Source: Kiritimatiellia bacterium (lineage in GTDB: Bacteria; Verrucomicrobiota; Kiritimatiellia; RFP12; UBA1067). Taken from it: DNA of 64,000 bases. How positions within the stretch are numbered: the stretch's first letter is position 1; each line of letters opens with the position of its first letter. The notes under the pieces were generated by a model that made no database searches, was not told the origin of the DNA, and saw only the letters and a list, made by a program, of their open reading frames with translations. The stretch covers positions 4,938 to 68,937 of the forward strand of contig JAZQOS010000075.1 in the NCBI GenBank assembly GCA_045627925.1. The letters are read 5' to 3'. This document shows, in pieces, positions 54,814-64,000 of this stretch. The translations under genes and the position numbers were made by a program.

Positions 54814-56081
54814 TTCACCTCTGCATCCGTCTTTTCGACCGCCTCGTCCGTCTCTGCGAGAATCTCATAATCAGTTTCCGCCTTTGGCCGTTTAAAGATC
54901 TCGATCCGTACGAATGTCACCCGCCGTCTGCGTCGCCTTAAGATAGTAACACGACATCCATCCGCTTCGAGCTCTTGCCCGACATGCGGGATTCTCTCGG
55001 CGTGAAATGCGACCCAGCCCGAAAGCCGATCGGCATCCCCCGCTTCAAGTTTAACGCCAAGCGTACGATTTACCTCATCAAGATTGGCACGCGCATCAAC
55101 ATCCCAGACAAACTTATCTTTCTTAATAATAAGCGGTTCGGCATCGGTGCGGGTAAATACTTGCGGCCCAAAAATAAGTTCCAAAATATCATCTGGCGAA
55201 ATAAGTCCCGCCGTACCGCCATACTCATCAAGCACAATCGCAATTGGCTTTCCACTTCGATGAAAGGTAACCAGCAAATCGTCGAGCGTTACCGTCTCTG
55301 GAACAAAAAGCGCATCTTCCGTCCGTCCCGTATTTTGATCATAAACTCCCACTACCACATCGGGCGTTCGATTAATCACCGGCAAATAGCGATGGTGACA
55401 ATTCTTGAGTACTTGTTCGCGAACGCCAGGAGGACGGTCAATGTCGTAAACTTGCATATCCACGCGCGGAGTCATCTCATCATTCGCACAAAGCTCCGAA
55501 AGTCGCAATATTCCCTCGATCATGGATGCGTCTTCGGAAGCAAAATCTCCATGCTCCACGCATGACTCCAATACCGACATAAGCTCTGCATCCGAAAGTG
55601 CTCTACGCTCACGCTTAAGCCCACGACTAAAGACCTGCGAAAACGACTTGAGAATAATGTTAAACGGCGTCAGAACCGCACGCCAAAACAAGAGCAATCG
55701 CGCGCAAAACGGCGCTAGCTCCTCGGCATGCCGCAGAGCAATTTGCTTTGGCGTAATCTCACCGAAGAATAGTAGCGCAACCGTCATTACCGGAATCGCA
55801 AACAATCCGCCGTTCGGCGAAGATCCAACAAATAGGCGATAACCAATTGTGGCAATTGCAAAGTTAACCAAGGTGTTGCCGACTAACAATGTCGACAAAA
55901 TGAGCGCCGAGTCGCGCAGACACTCCGTAAGCTGTCTGCCAGCTACCGGATTTCGCTCGTTAATGCGTTGCTTCTGAGCCGCCGTAAGCGAAAAAAGAAT
56001 CGTTTCAGATCCCGAGAAAAAGAAGGATAATGCAAACAGCATCCCCAATATCAGAATCTGAAAACTCGTCACTAAAGACAA
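54810..56081 (-). CDS. CNNM/TlyC/CorC-family protein (DUF21 + CBS pair + CorC_HlyC)
   Basis: SGSETILFSL...LLVGNTLVN (DUF21), a central CBS pair, and a C-terminal transporter-associated domain (...V.FVRIEI..). Confidence 0.85.
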   Translation of the reverse strand: MSLVTSFQILILGMLFALSFFFSGSETILFSLTAAQKQRINERNPVAGRQLTECLRDSALILSTLLVGNTLVNFAIATIGYRLFVGSSPNGGLFAIPVMTVALLFFGEITPKQIALRHAEELAPFCARLLLFWRAVLTPFNIILKSFSQVFSRGLKRERRALSDAELMSVLESCVEHGDFASEDASMIEGILRLSELCANDEMTPRVDMQVYDIDRPPGVREQVLKNCHHRYLPVINRTPDVVVGVYDQNTGRTEDALFVPETVTLDDLLVTFHRSGKPIAIVLDEYGGTAGLISPDDILELIFGPQVFTRTDAEPLIIKKDKFVWDVDARANLDEVNRTLGVKLEAGDADRLSGWVAFHAERIPHVGQELEADGCRVTILRRRRRRVTFVRIEIFKRPKAETDYEILAETDEAVEKTDAEVK

Positions 56082-56082
56082 G

Positions 56083-57846
56083 TTAGAAAAGACCCTTCAC
56101 CTTGCCGGTTTCGACATCGACGTCGATTCGGCGATAGGCAGGCGAGGCGGAAGTCCCAGGCATAAGCTTAATCTCACCCGCGACCGGGACGACGAGCCCC
56201 GCCCCCCGGTAGATTAGGACATCCTTGACCGGCATCCTCCACCCCTTCGGGCGACCGAGGAGTTTCGGATCGTGGGAAAGCGAATACTGGGTTTTCGCAA
56301 TGCAAATCGGAAGCCTCGCGGCCTCGGAATCTGCCTGCAGCGCCTCCAGCTTTTTCAGCGCTTCCGGCTCGAAATCGACGCCTTCGCCGCCGTAGACTTC
56401 CCTGACCTGTTTTTCGATACGCAATTTGAGCGATTCAGTAAGATCGCAAAGGTAGGCGAACTCGTTCGGTTCGTCGCACGACTCAATAACCGCCTTCGCG
56501 AGTTCCAACGCGCCTTCTCCGCCCTTGAGCCAATGGTCGGAGACCGCGAACTTCGCGCCAGTCTTCTCGACGATCGAGCGCACGAGCGCGCGCTCTTTTT
56601 CGGTGTCGGTGTAGAAGGCATTGAGGCAGACGACCGGCTGGATTCCCGCGCGGCGAATGATGTCGATGTGGGCGAGCAAGTTGTCGCAACCCTTCTCCAA
56701 AAGTTCCAGATTCTCGGTCATGTACACCTTGTCGAGCGGTAACCCCGCCTTGACCGCGGGCGCGCCGCCGTGCGCCTTCAACGCGCGAACCGTGGCAACA
56801 AGAACCACCGCGTCGGGTTTGAGACCAGAGCAGCGACACTTGATGTTCCAGAACTTCTCGAATCCCATGTCGCTCGCGAATCCGCTTTCCGTGACGACGT
56901 AGTCGCCGAGAGCGCAGGCGAGCTTGTCGGCGACGACTGAGTTCTGGCCGATTGCGATATTGGCGAAAGGCCCCGCGTGGACGAACATCGGCTGGCCTTC
57001 GATCGACTGCATCAAGGTCGGCTTGATCGCGTTCACCAACAAGGCGCACATCGCGCCGTCGACTTCGAGATCCTTCGTCGTCACCGGCGCACCGCTCTTG
57101 GAGTAGGCGACGATGATCTTCGAAAGCCGCTCGCGGAGATCCTTCAGATCCGCGCTCATCGCGAGGATCGCCATCACCTCCGAGGCGACGGTAATGTAAA
57201 ATCCGGAAGCGCAATTGTAGCCGTCGAGCGCGCCGCCCCGGCCGATTTCGATGTTGCGCAGTCCTTGCGCGCAAAAGTCGATCGCCCAACGGAACTGGAT
57301 CCGCTTTTCGTCGATGTCGAGACGCTTGAGTCCTCGTTCGGCGAGCCAGACGTCGTCGTGGTTGCGCTCGTGCTGCATGCGCGAGTTGAGCGCGACCATC
57401 GCGAGATTGTTCGCGTTGGTGATGGCGTCGATGTCGCCGGTAAGGCCGAGCGAAAGCGAGGTCAGCGGAATTACCTGGGCGAGTCCGCCGCCCGCCGCAC
57501 TGCCCTTGATATTGAAAGTCGGTCCGCCGGAAGGCTGGCGCACGCAACCGATTACCTTCTTGCCGAGCTTGCCGAGGCCCTCGACGAGCCCGAGCGTGGT
57601 CGTCGTCTTGCCCTCGCCGAGCGCGGTCGGAGTAATCGCCGTGACGTCGATGTATTTCGCGCGCTTCTTGTCGCCAACGCGCTTCAGAACCTTGGTAACG
57701 TCGACCTTGGCGAGGAACTTGCCGTAGGCGTCCCACTCGTCTGCCTTAAGCCCCAGTTCCTCTGCCAGCGCAGACGCCGATCTCAGATTGGCTTCGGCGG
57801 CTTCCGCCACCTGCCAATCCTTCATCTTCGTCGGATCGAGCTTCAT
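56083..57846 (-). CDS. fhs: Formate--tetrahydrofolate ligase
   Basis: VTAITPTALGEGKTTTTLGL, GGPTFNIKG and the overall 587-aa Fhs layout. Confidence 0.92.
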   Translation of the reverse strand: MKLDPTKMKDWQVAEAAEANLRSASALAEELGLKADEWDAYGKFLAKVDVTKVLKRVGDKKRAKYIDVTAITPTALGEGKTTTTLGLVEGLGKLGKKVIGCVRQPSGGPTFNIKGSAAGGGLAQVIPLTSLSLGLTGDIDAITNANNLAMVALNSRMQHERNHDDVWLAERGLKRLDIDEKRIQFRWAIDFCAQGLRNIEIGRGGALDGYNCASGFYITVASEVMAILAMSADLKDLRERLSKIIVAYSKSGAPVTTKDLEVDGAMCALLVNAIKPTLMQSIEGQPMFVHAGPFANIAIGQNSVVADKLACALGDYVVTESGFASDMGFEKFWNIKCRCSGLKPDAVVLVATVRALKAHGGAPAVKAGLPLDKVYMTENLELLEKGCDNLLAHIDIIRRAGIQPVVCLNAFYTDTEKERALVRSIVEKTGAKFAVSDHWLKGGEGALELAKAVIESCDEPNEFAYLCDLTESLKLRIEKQVREVYGGEGVDFEPEALKKLEALQADSEAARLPICIAKTQYSLSHDPKLLGRPKGWRMPVKDVLIYRGAGLVVPVAGEIKLMPGTSASPAYRRIDVDVETGKVKGLF

Positions 57847-57847
57847 G

Positions 57848-59140
57848 TTACTTGGCGGTAAGCGCCGCGACGCCGGGAAGGACTTTGCCTTCGAGGAATT
57901 CGAGCGATGCGCCGCCGCCGGTCGAGACGTGGCTCATCTCCGGGGCCTTGCCGCTCTTCTTCACCGCGCTCACGGAGTCGCCACCGCCGATAATCGAAAC
58001 GCCGCCGTTGGCCTTGACCTTGGCGACCGCTTCGCAAACGCCGTACGTGCCCTTCGAAAGCGGAGCGAACTCAAAACATCCCATCGGACCGTTCCAGACC
58101 ACCGTCTTCGCGTCCTTGATCGCTTCGGAAAACGCCGCCACCGACTTGGGCCCGATGTCAAGACCCATCCAACCGTCGGGAATATCACCTTCGCAAGTCT
58201 TCATCTCGATGTCCGAGGCGTCCTTGGTTTCGGGGAACTTGTTCGCGATCACGTTGTCGGAAGGCAAGAGGATGTTGACGCCCTTCGTCGCCGCCGCCTC
58301 GAGCATCTCCTTGCAGTAGGCGACCTGGTCGTCCTCGCAAAGCGACGAACCGATCTTGAGGCCCTGCGCCTTCTTGAAGGTATAGGCCATACCGCCGCCA
58401 ATGATGAGCGTGTCGACCTTGTTGAGGAGAGCTTTCACGACCGCGAGCTTGTCGGAAACCTTCGCGCCGCCCAAAATCGCAACGAACGGGCGAACCGGCT
58501 TTTCGACCGCGTCTCCGAGGAACTGGATTTCCTTCTCCAAAAGGAATCCCGAGACCGCCGGCTGGATGTAGTCGGCAATGACCGCGGTGGAGGCATGAGC
58601 GCGGTGCGCCGTGCCGAATGCATCGTTACAATAGATGTCTCCGTAGGAAGCGAGCTTCTTCGCCATTTCCTTGCGGGCGGCCTTGAGCTCCGCCTTCTTG
58701 GTCTCGTATTCCTCGTCGGAGAGGTGGATGCCCTTCTTCTCGTCGTCCTTCTTCACCTTGCCGTCCTCGGCCTTGTAGAAACGGGTGTTCTCCAAAAGCG
58801 CGACTTCGCCGGGCTTGAGCGATTTAACGACTTCGTCCGCGGCCATGCAGTCGGGGACGAACTTCACTTCCTTGCCGAGCTTGGCTGAAAGCGCCTCGGC
58901 GACGGGGGCGAGTGAAAACTCCTTCTCGTAGCCCTTGCCCTTCGGACGGCCGAGATGGCTCATGAGGACAAGCGAGCCGCCCTCTTCGAGAACGTACTTG
59001 ATTGACGGCAATGCCGCCACGATGCGGGTGTCATCGGTAATCTTGCCCGAGCCGTCCTTCGCCATCGGAACGTTGAAATCGACGCGCATGACAACGCGCT
59101 TGCCCGCGAGCTTGACGTCGCGCAGAGTTTGCTTATCCAT
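57848..59140 (-). CDS. pgk: Phosphoglycerate kinase (with a ~30-aa Lys/Glu-rich insertion)
   Basis: RVDFNVP......I.DD.RI, MSHLGRPKG, NDAFGTAHRAHAS, GGGD. The extra segment GKVKKDDEKKGIHLSDEEYETKKAELKAARKE precedes the NDAFG motif. Confidence 0.92.
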   Translation of the reverse strand: MDKQTLRDVKLAGKRVVMRVDFNVPMAKDGSGKITDDTRIVAALPSIKYVLEEGGSLVLMSHLGRPKGKGYEKEFSLAPVAEALSAKLGKEVKFVPDCMAADEVVKSLKPGEVALLENTRFYKAEDGKVKKDDEKKGIHLSDEEYETKKAELKAARKEMAKKLASYGDIYCNDAFGTAHRAHASTAVIADYIQPAVSGFLLEKEIQFLGDAVEKPVRPFVAILGGAKVSDKLAVVKALLNKVDTLIIGGGMAYTFKKAQGLKIGSSLCEDDQVAYCKEMLEAAATKGVNILLPSDNVIANKFPETKDASDIEMKTCEGDIPDGWMGLDIGPKSVAAFSEAIKDAKTVVWNGPMGCFEFAPLSKGTYGVCEAVAKVKANGGVSIIGGGDSVSAVKKSGKAPEMSHVSTGGGASLEFLEGKVLPGVAALTAK

Positions 59141-59172
59141 TTTCGGACCTCCTTACGGGGAAAAGGCGAAGA

Positions 59173-59448
59173 TTACTTCGCCATCTTGTTGAGCTTGAGC
59201 TGAGCGCGGCTTTTCTTGCGATCGGCCGTGTTCTTGGAAATAATGCCCTTCTTCACGGCCTTGTCGAGACCGGAGACGAATTCCTTGAACTTCTTCGCGG
59301 CATCGTCCTTCTGTCCGGCGTCCGCAGCCTTGAAGAGCTTCTTATGGGAATCGTGGAGCTTCGCCTTGCAAGACGCATTGCGCTGACGGGCTTTCGCATT
59401 CTGACGATCGCGCTTACGAGCGGCGCGTCCACCTTTGGTATTGGCCAT
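59173..59448 (-). CDS. rpsT: 30S ribosomal protein S20
   Basis: MANTKGGRAARKRDRQNAKARQRNAS... basic helical 91-aa protein. Confidence 0.9.
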   Translation of the reverse strand: MANTKGGRAARKRDRQNAKARQRNASCKAKLHDSHKKLFKAADAGQKDDAAKKFKEFVSGLDKAVKKGIISKNTADRKKSRAQLKLNKMAK

Positions 59449-59486
59449 GTTCTTCTAACTCCTGAATTGGAATGAATTTAGCGCGT

Positions 59487-59515
59487 ATTTTACACTTTTT
59501 CGTCGAAACGCGCAA
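59487..59515 (-). promoter_or_regulatory. Putative rpsT promoter (TTGCGC-17-TAAAAT)
   Basis: The reverse complement reads TTGCGC gtttcgacgaaaaagtg TAAAAT acgcgct. The ACGCGC discriminator is the same as at the tRNA promoters. Confidence 0.5.
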
Positions 59516-59520
59516 GTGGG

Positions 59521-60621
59521 CTATCCCGCAAAGGAGTTTACCGCATCGATTACCGCGTCCACTTCGGTCATATCGAGGCATGGACCCATAGGCAAACTCA
59601 GTATCTCCCGATGCATACGCTCGGTAATCGGAAGCGAAAGCCCGCTCAATTCCGCATACGCCCCTTGAAGATGCGGCGGTGTTGGATAGTGGATGTTGGT
59701 TTCGATTCCCTTTACCTCCAAATGACGATGCAAGGCGTCGCGTTTCGAGGAAGTAACGGCGAAGACGTGCCAAACATGGCTTTCCACGTCTGCGGGCATT
59801 TCCGGAACTTCGACGAGCGGATTTCTTATCTCACGACAATACCGCTCGGCGATTCGGCGGCGAAGCGCGTTATCCGCGTCGAGATGCGGCAATTTGGCGG
59901 CGAGAAACGCCGCCTGAATTTCATCAAGGCGCGAATTGACGCCTTTGTAAATATGGTGGTATTTGCGATCGCTGCCGTAATTACGAATGGCGCGAATCCT
60001 CGCCGCAAGTGCATCGTCATTCGTCGTAACCGCGCCGCCATCGCCCAAACATCCGAGATTCTTGCCGGGATAAAAGGAAAATCCGCTCGCATCGCCAAGC
60101 GCGCCGCAGCGCACTCCCTCGCATTTCGCACCGTGCGCCTGAGCGCTGTCTTCGATAATCTTCAATCCGTGCGCGCTAGCGATTTCGCGCACCCTCGTCA
60201 TTTCCATCGCACGCCCGTAGAGGTGGACAACCATAATCGCTTTGGTGCGCGGGGTAATCGCTTCTTCAATCTTGTCCGCGTCGATGAGCCGCGTTTTCCA
60301 ATCGGGCTCCACCAAAATCGGCTTGCAATCATTTTCGCCGATGGCGAGAATCGAGGCGATGTAGGTGTTGGCGGGAACGATAATTTCGTCGCCCGCCCCG
60401 AAGCCGTACGCCCGAATGATAAGATTGAGCGCGTCAAGTCCGTTCGCAACGCCAATTGCGTTACGCACACCGCAGTAAGCGGCAAAAGCGCCTTCAAACG
60501 ATTCGACTTCCCTGCCGAGCAAATACCAGCCGGAATCGAACACTCTTTTTGCGGACGCGTCGAGCTCGGCGCGGAAGCGACCGTTAACCTTGGCGAGATC
60601 GAGGAACTTAACCTTGAACAT
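59521..60621 (-). CDS. DegT/DnrJ/EryC1/StrS-family sugar aminotransferase (FdtB-like)
   Basis: FE..FA.Y.G...[23 protein letters not shown], and PGKNLG (PLP-Lys region). Confidence 0.85.
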   Translation of the reverse strand: MFKVKFLDLAKVNGRFRAELDASAKRVFDSGWYLLGREVESFEGAFAAYCGVRNAIGVANGLDALNLIIRAYGFGAGDEIIVPANTYIASILAIGENDCKPILVEPDWKTRLIDADKIEEAITPRTKAIMVVHLYGRAMEMTRVREIASAHGLKIIEDSAQAHGAKCEGVRCGALGDASGFSFYPGKNLGCLGDGGAVTTNDDALAARIRAIRNYGSDRKYHHIYKGVNSRLDEIQAAFLAAKLPHLDADNALRRRIAERYCREIRNPLVEVPEMPADVESHVWHVFAVTSSKRDALHRHLEVKGIETNIHYPTPPHLQGAYAELSGLSLPITERMHREILSLPMGPCLDMTEVDAVIDAVNSFAG

Positions 60622-61015
60622 ATTTCAAAAATTCGTCATAAGAACGGATGTAGTCGCGTTCGTCGTAATGCTCCGAGGCGAGCACCATTACCACACAATC
60701 GGGCGAGAAGTTGGTGAACTCGCGCCAGACGGTGTTCTTGATGTACAGTCCTTTAGTCGGGGTGTCGAGACGATAAGTTTCCCGCTTCTTGCCATCGTCA
60801 AGCACAAAATCGCATGAGCCCGAAGTGCAGACAACCACCTGCTCAAGTGTACGATGGGCGTGCTTGCCGCGAACTTTGTTCGGCAATGTCCCCCAAACGT
60901 AATAGACGCGCTTGATTTCAAAAGGAAAATCTTCACCCTTTTCGAGCGCCACCAGCGATCCTTCATAATCGCTGTGAACCTTGAAGTTCAACACTTTGCC
61001 GATACCATCGTTCAT
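60608..61015 (-). CDS. WxcM/FdtA-like sugar 3,4-ketoisomerase (cupin)
   Basis: From the Met at 61015: [13 protein letters not shown]......[25 protein letters not shown]. Confidence 0.8.
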   Translation of the reverse strand: MNDGIGKVLNFKVHSDYEGSLVALEKGEDFPFEIKRVYYVWGTLPNKVRGKHAHRTLEQVVVCTSGSCDFVLDDGKKRETYRLDTPTKGLYIKNTVWREFTNFSPDCVVMVLASEHYDERDYIRSYDEFLKYVQG

Positions 61016-61079
61016 TGCGTATATTCTACCATATTTCGCATTTGACCGCGACCACACAAGGGTGTTATACTACCCGAGT

Positions 61080-62168
61080 ATGAAGCGATTTGAAGAGCAG
61101 ATTCTAGTTACTCGCCCCTATCTGCCGGAGCTCGAGGAGTTCAAGGCGGGGTGCGAGGAGATTTGGCGAAACCGCTATCTTACTAACGGCGGTCCGATGC
61201 TCCAGCGCTTCACGGACGAGCTCGCGAAATATCTCGAAGTCTCGCCAGACAATCTATTGACATTCGTGAACGGCACTTTGGCGCTGGAAATGGGATTTAA
61301 GGCGATGGGACTCGAGGGTGGCGAGGTAATCACCACTCCCTTTACTTTCGTCGCCACTTCTCACGCGCTCGTGAGAATCGGCGCGAAGCCAATATTTGCC
61401 GACGTCAACCCCGAAACGCTATGCCTCTCTCCGGAAAAGGCGGAGAAACTGATTACTCCGCGCACCAAGGCGATAGTTCCCGTGCATGTCTACGGAAACG
61501 CTTGCGATGTTGCGGGCTTTGAACGGCTTGGGGAAAAATATGGCCTTAAGATAATTTACGATGCCGCGCATGCATTCGGCACGGATTTGCACCGGCACGG
61601 CGACATGAGTATGTTCTCGTTCCATCCGACGAAGCTCTTTCACAGTTGCGAGGGAGGTCTACTCGTTTTCAAAGACAGAAAACTCAAATCCACGCTCGCA
61701 AATCTCAAGAACTTCGCCATCGAATCGGAAACATCGTGCACCGGCGTCGGCACCAACGCGAAGATGAACGAGTTACAGGCGCTAATGGGGCTTTGCTGCC
61801 TTAAGAAGATCGACGAGCTCATTGACTATCGCAGGCAAATCCACGAAACCTACAAGCGTTCCTTCGCGTCTTCATCGAAGGTGAAGTATCTCGACAAATC
61901 CGGGAACCACGCCTACTGCCCGATCCTCTTTGACGATTTCGCGACTCGCGAAAAAGTCTACTGGGAATTACAGGAAAAGTGCAACGTCTTCACGCGGCGC
62001 TACTTCTATCCAACACTAACTGATTTCGCGCCCTACGCCTACGCCAAGGGTACGTGTCCGATAGCCGAAGACGCCGCCGCGCGAATTTTGACGCTACCGA
62101 CGTACTACGGTCTTCCGCTTGCCGACGTCGAAGCCATTGCTCGCGACGTTCTGGAAATCGTCGCGTAA
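61080..62168 (+). CDS. DegT/DnrJ/EryC1/StrS-family sugar aminotransferase
   Basis: From the Met at 61080: TRPYLPELEEF......NGGPMLQ.F...LA.YL, FHPTKLFHSCEGG (Lys region). This is the only plus-strand gene accepted in the window. Confidence 0.85.
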   Translation: MKRFEEQILVTRPYLPELEEFKAGCEEIWRNRYLTNGGPMLQRFTDELAKYLEVSPDNLLTFVNGTLALEMGFKAMGLEGGEVITTPFTFVATSHALVRIGAKPIFADVNPETLCLSPEKAEKLITPRTKAIVPVHVYGNACDVAGFERLGEKYGLKIIYDAAHAFGTDLHRHGDMSMFSFHPTKLFHSCEGGLLVFKDRKLKSTLANLKNFAIESETSCTGVGTNAKMNELQALMGLCCLKKIDELIDYRRQIHETYKRSFASSSKVKYLDKSGNHAYCPILFDDFATREKVYWELQEKCNVFTRRYFYPTLTDFAPYAYAKGTCPIAEDAAARILTLPTYYGLPLADVEAIARDVLEIVA

Positions 62169-62180
62169 ATCACCCGAATC

Positions 62181-63095
62181 CTACGCCTCGTCGATTATTC
62201 GCAACAGGCGTCTCAGCCAACGGTCTTTCCAGTATATCTCGAAGGCCGTGTACCACTTCGCCCGTTTGATTGGTGGAAAATGTCTCGCAGCAGCGTACAA
62301 TCTACTGGAATTAAGCGCCACTTTCCACTCGATCTTGCTCCACGAAAATATCCTAATCGCCTGCGTCAGCATTCCCTCCACCCGTTCTCGTCGATTTCGC
62401 GAAAGCCGCGCCGAACGATAGCAATCAATGAACGGACGAAGCACGTCCTCGCAAGGCAACCCTCTGCACAGAGAATCGAAATCATAGAAATACGCCACGC
62501 AATCGCCATCAAACGAATAGTTGTTCGCGTGAAAGTCGCCGTGTATGGTCGAGAGGCGATGGCCCTCAAGACTTCGCTCTTCAAACGGCAAATCCAACAA
62601 AACTTTCAACCAACGCGCCGCAATCGGATGTCGATTGGCATAATTCTTCAACGCATCATAATGCCTTCCCGGATCGTCGTAACGCACCGCCGGCAAGCCC
62701 TCCGTCACCTCGCGCAACACCATTTCAAGCCTCGCGTACGCAGCCAGGAGATTTTCCCACTGCTTCGCGTTCATCTCCGGCAACGGAACGCGCCGTCCCC
62801 CGCACCACTCGACACACAGGTACTTCTCGCCTTTTTTCGCTTCAGGACATTCGGCGACCCCAAGCGATTTGGGAATCTCCGGAACGCCATCCGCAGCCCT
62901 CATCACCCTCAGATTCTTTCCGATTTCCGTCTCCAATGTACGCTTGACGAAAATCGGTTTTCCCCCGGACAACGGAATTCCTTTAAAACTTGGATTTAGC
63001 CCCGCATCAGTCAAACGATGAAGCCGATATTCGACTCCGCTTACACAAATCATCGCCCCCTCGTCTTTCATCTCCTCGAGTTTCCTACCTACCAA
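62181..63095 (-). CDS. Kinase-fold (aminoglycoside/choline phosphotransferase-like) protein
   Basis: Catalytic-loop-like TIHGDFHANNY and downstream YFYDFD. Confidence 0.65.
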   Translation of the reverse strand: MVGRKLEEMKDEGAMICVSGVEYRLHRLTDAGLNPSFKGIPLSGGKPIFVKRTLETEIGKNLRVMRAADGVPEIPKSLGVAECPEAKKGEKYLCVEWCGGRRVPLPEMNAKQWENLLAAYARLEMVLREVTEGLPAVRYDDPGRHYDALKNYANRHPIAARWLKVLLDLPFEERSLEGHRLSTIHGDFHANNYSFDGDCVAYFYDFDSLCRGLPCEDVLRPFIDCYRSARLSRNRRERVEGMLTQAIRIFSWSKIEWKVALNSSRLYAAARHFPPIKRAKWYTAFEIYWKDRWLRRLLRIIDEA

Positions 63096-63894
63096 TCAAC
63101 ACCCGCAATATCTTCGCAAGTCTAAAGTCCTGCGCCAGAAACTCCTCCATCGGCATCGCCCGCACCGCCGACGGGGTGAAACTGTTGTGCAGCATAATCA
63201 ACCCATGAGTGAATGACAACGCATGTGCGGCGTCACCTGGTCCAAAATAATAATCGTTGTACTCCTGCCAAATGTCATCGTCGTTTCCGCAATCGCGTTC
63301 TGGGAACGTTCCGTATTCATTTCGGTCTAAAACGTTCACCGCATCGGGCAGAAGCTTTTTCAGCGGATCCACAATGGCGTTGAAAAAGTAATTCCACCGC
63401 CGATAAATGCGCCACTTCGAACGACGGAGGATCCGCAGCCACATCTTATCGCAATAACGGTTGAAGATTACAACTCGTTCCAGCGCCTCCGCCTTCCACT
63501 TGAGAATGAAATCCATCGCCGGTCGCGGCGCGTAAATGAACGCGGCGGACAAATCATCGTGCTCTTGCGAAAACATGGTTATCCTGTCGCCGACCAAATC
63601 ACTCGCCATCGCGCCGAACTTGGGGGTGATTATCGTATCCGCGTCCATGAATATTCCACCGAACTTGGCAAGCAACAACGACTTGTAAACATCCACTTGC
63701 TTGGCCATACCGCTACGCTGCAATGCGGTACTCGTCGCCAAATCGAATTCCTGCTCGCCGATCAATTCGCGCAATGACGTAAAATCGAGAATCCGCACAT
63801 CGGCATCGGGAATGTATTTTCGCCATGTCGCTATGCAAGCTTCAATGTATCCGGGAAGATTTCTCCGCGGCTCCCAAAAAGTGAATATTCTCAT
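63085..63894 (-). CDS. Capsular-polysaccharide-synthesis-type glycosyltransferase (Caps_synth/GT32-like)
   Basis: From the Met at 63894: MRIFTFWEPRRNLPGYIEACIATW.......ILDF and a DxD-like FMDADT. Confidence 0.65.
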   Translation of the reverse strand: MRIFTFWEPRRNLPGYIEACIATWRKYIPDADVRILDFTSLRELIGEQEFDLATSTALQRSGMAKQVDVYKSLLLAKFGGIFMDADTIITPKFGAMASDLVGDRITMFSQEHDDLSAAFIYAPRPAMDFILKWKAEALERVVIFNRYCDKMWLRILRRSKWRIYRRWNYFFNAIVDPLKKLLPDAVNVLDRNEYGTFPERDCGNDDDIWQEYNDYYFGPGDAAHALSFTHGLIMLHNSFTPSAVRAMPMEEFLAQDFRLAKILRVLIGR

Positions 63895-64000
63895 ATTTTT
63901 CGTCCGTATGAAAGCAGCTCGGCGGGGAAAGCCGCAATCAACTCCTCTTGTTTCGCCTTCACCAACTCCGTGCTCACCCAGCAACTCCCTCCGATTCGAT

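Overview
High-GC (about 60% by eye) bacterial chromosomal segment. I call about 58 protein genes, 5 tRNAs and no rRNA, CRISPR array, transposase or integrase. Every gene from about 1.1 kb to 61.0 kb is on the minus strand. The only plus-strand gene I accept is the aminotransferase at 61080-62168. Many neighbouring genes share overlapping stop and start codons (ATGA, TGATG, GTGA, TTGA, CTGA). Housekeeping content includes rnfABCDG, nadB, dapF, prc, dxs, tsaD, uvrC, tatA, pdp, a uvrD-like helicase, fhs, pgk, rpsT, ribH, a PPi-dependent PFK, mazG, an ispH-uppS fusion, a dsbD-like gene and rmlD. PEP-CTERM, BspA-type LRR and GspG-like proteins together with Rnf and PPi-PFK suggest an anaerobe of the PVC group (Lentisphaerota, Kiritimatiellota or Verrucomicrobiota). 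That placement is inference only. Accessory or unusual parts: (1) a roughly 4-kb decayed type I R-M island (hsdM-like, DUF1016 nuclease, truncated hsdS, no hsdR) bounded by a roughly 215-bp direct duplication of the 3' end of a Nif3-family gene. (2) Four separate non-coding arrays of dyad-symmetric sites, all phased at 21-23 bp (314-391, 686-797, 4944-5087, 28481-28627). Two of them share the half-site AAAGTG, and each of those two sits just beside one copy of the duplicated Nif3 end. (3) A five-gene surface operon headed by a 2093-aa BspA-LRR giant protein with nested internal repeats, followed by a PEP-CTERM protein. (4) An rnf cluster without rnfE. (5) A membrane-anchored NERD protein wedged between prc and dxs. 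(6) AT-richer blocks next to tRNA genes. (7) A sugar-modification cluster at the right end. Two genes shorter than 60 aa that the ORF track omits were found by hand translation: a 2x[4Fe-4S] ferredoxin and tatA. All function calls rest on motif recognition in the supplied translations. No database search was run.
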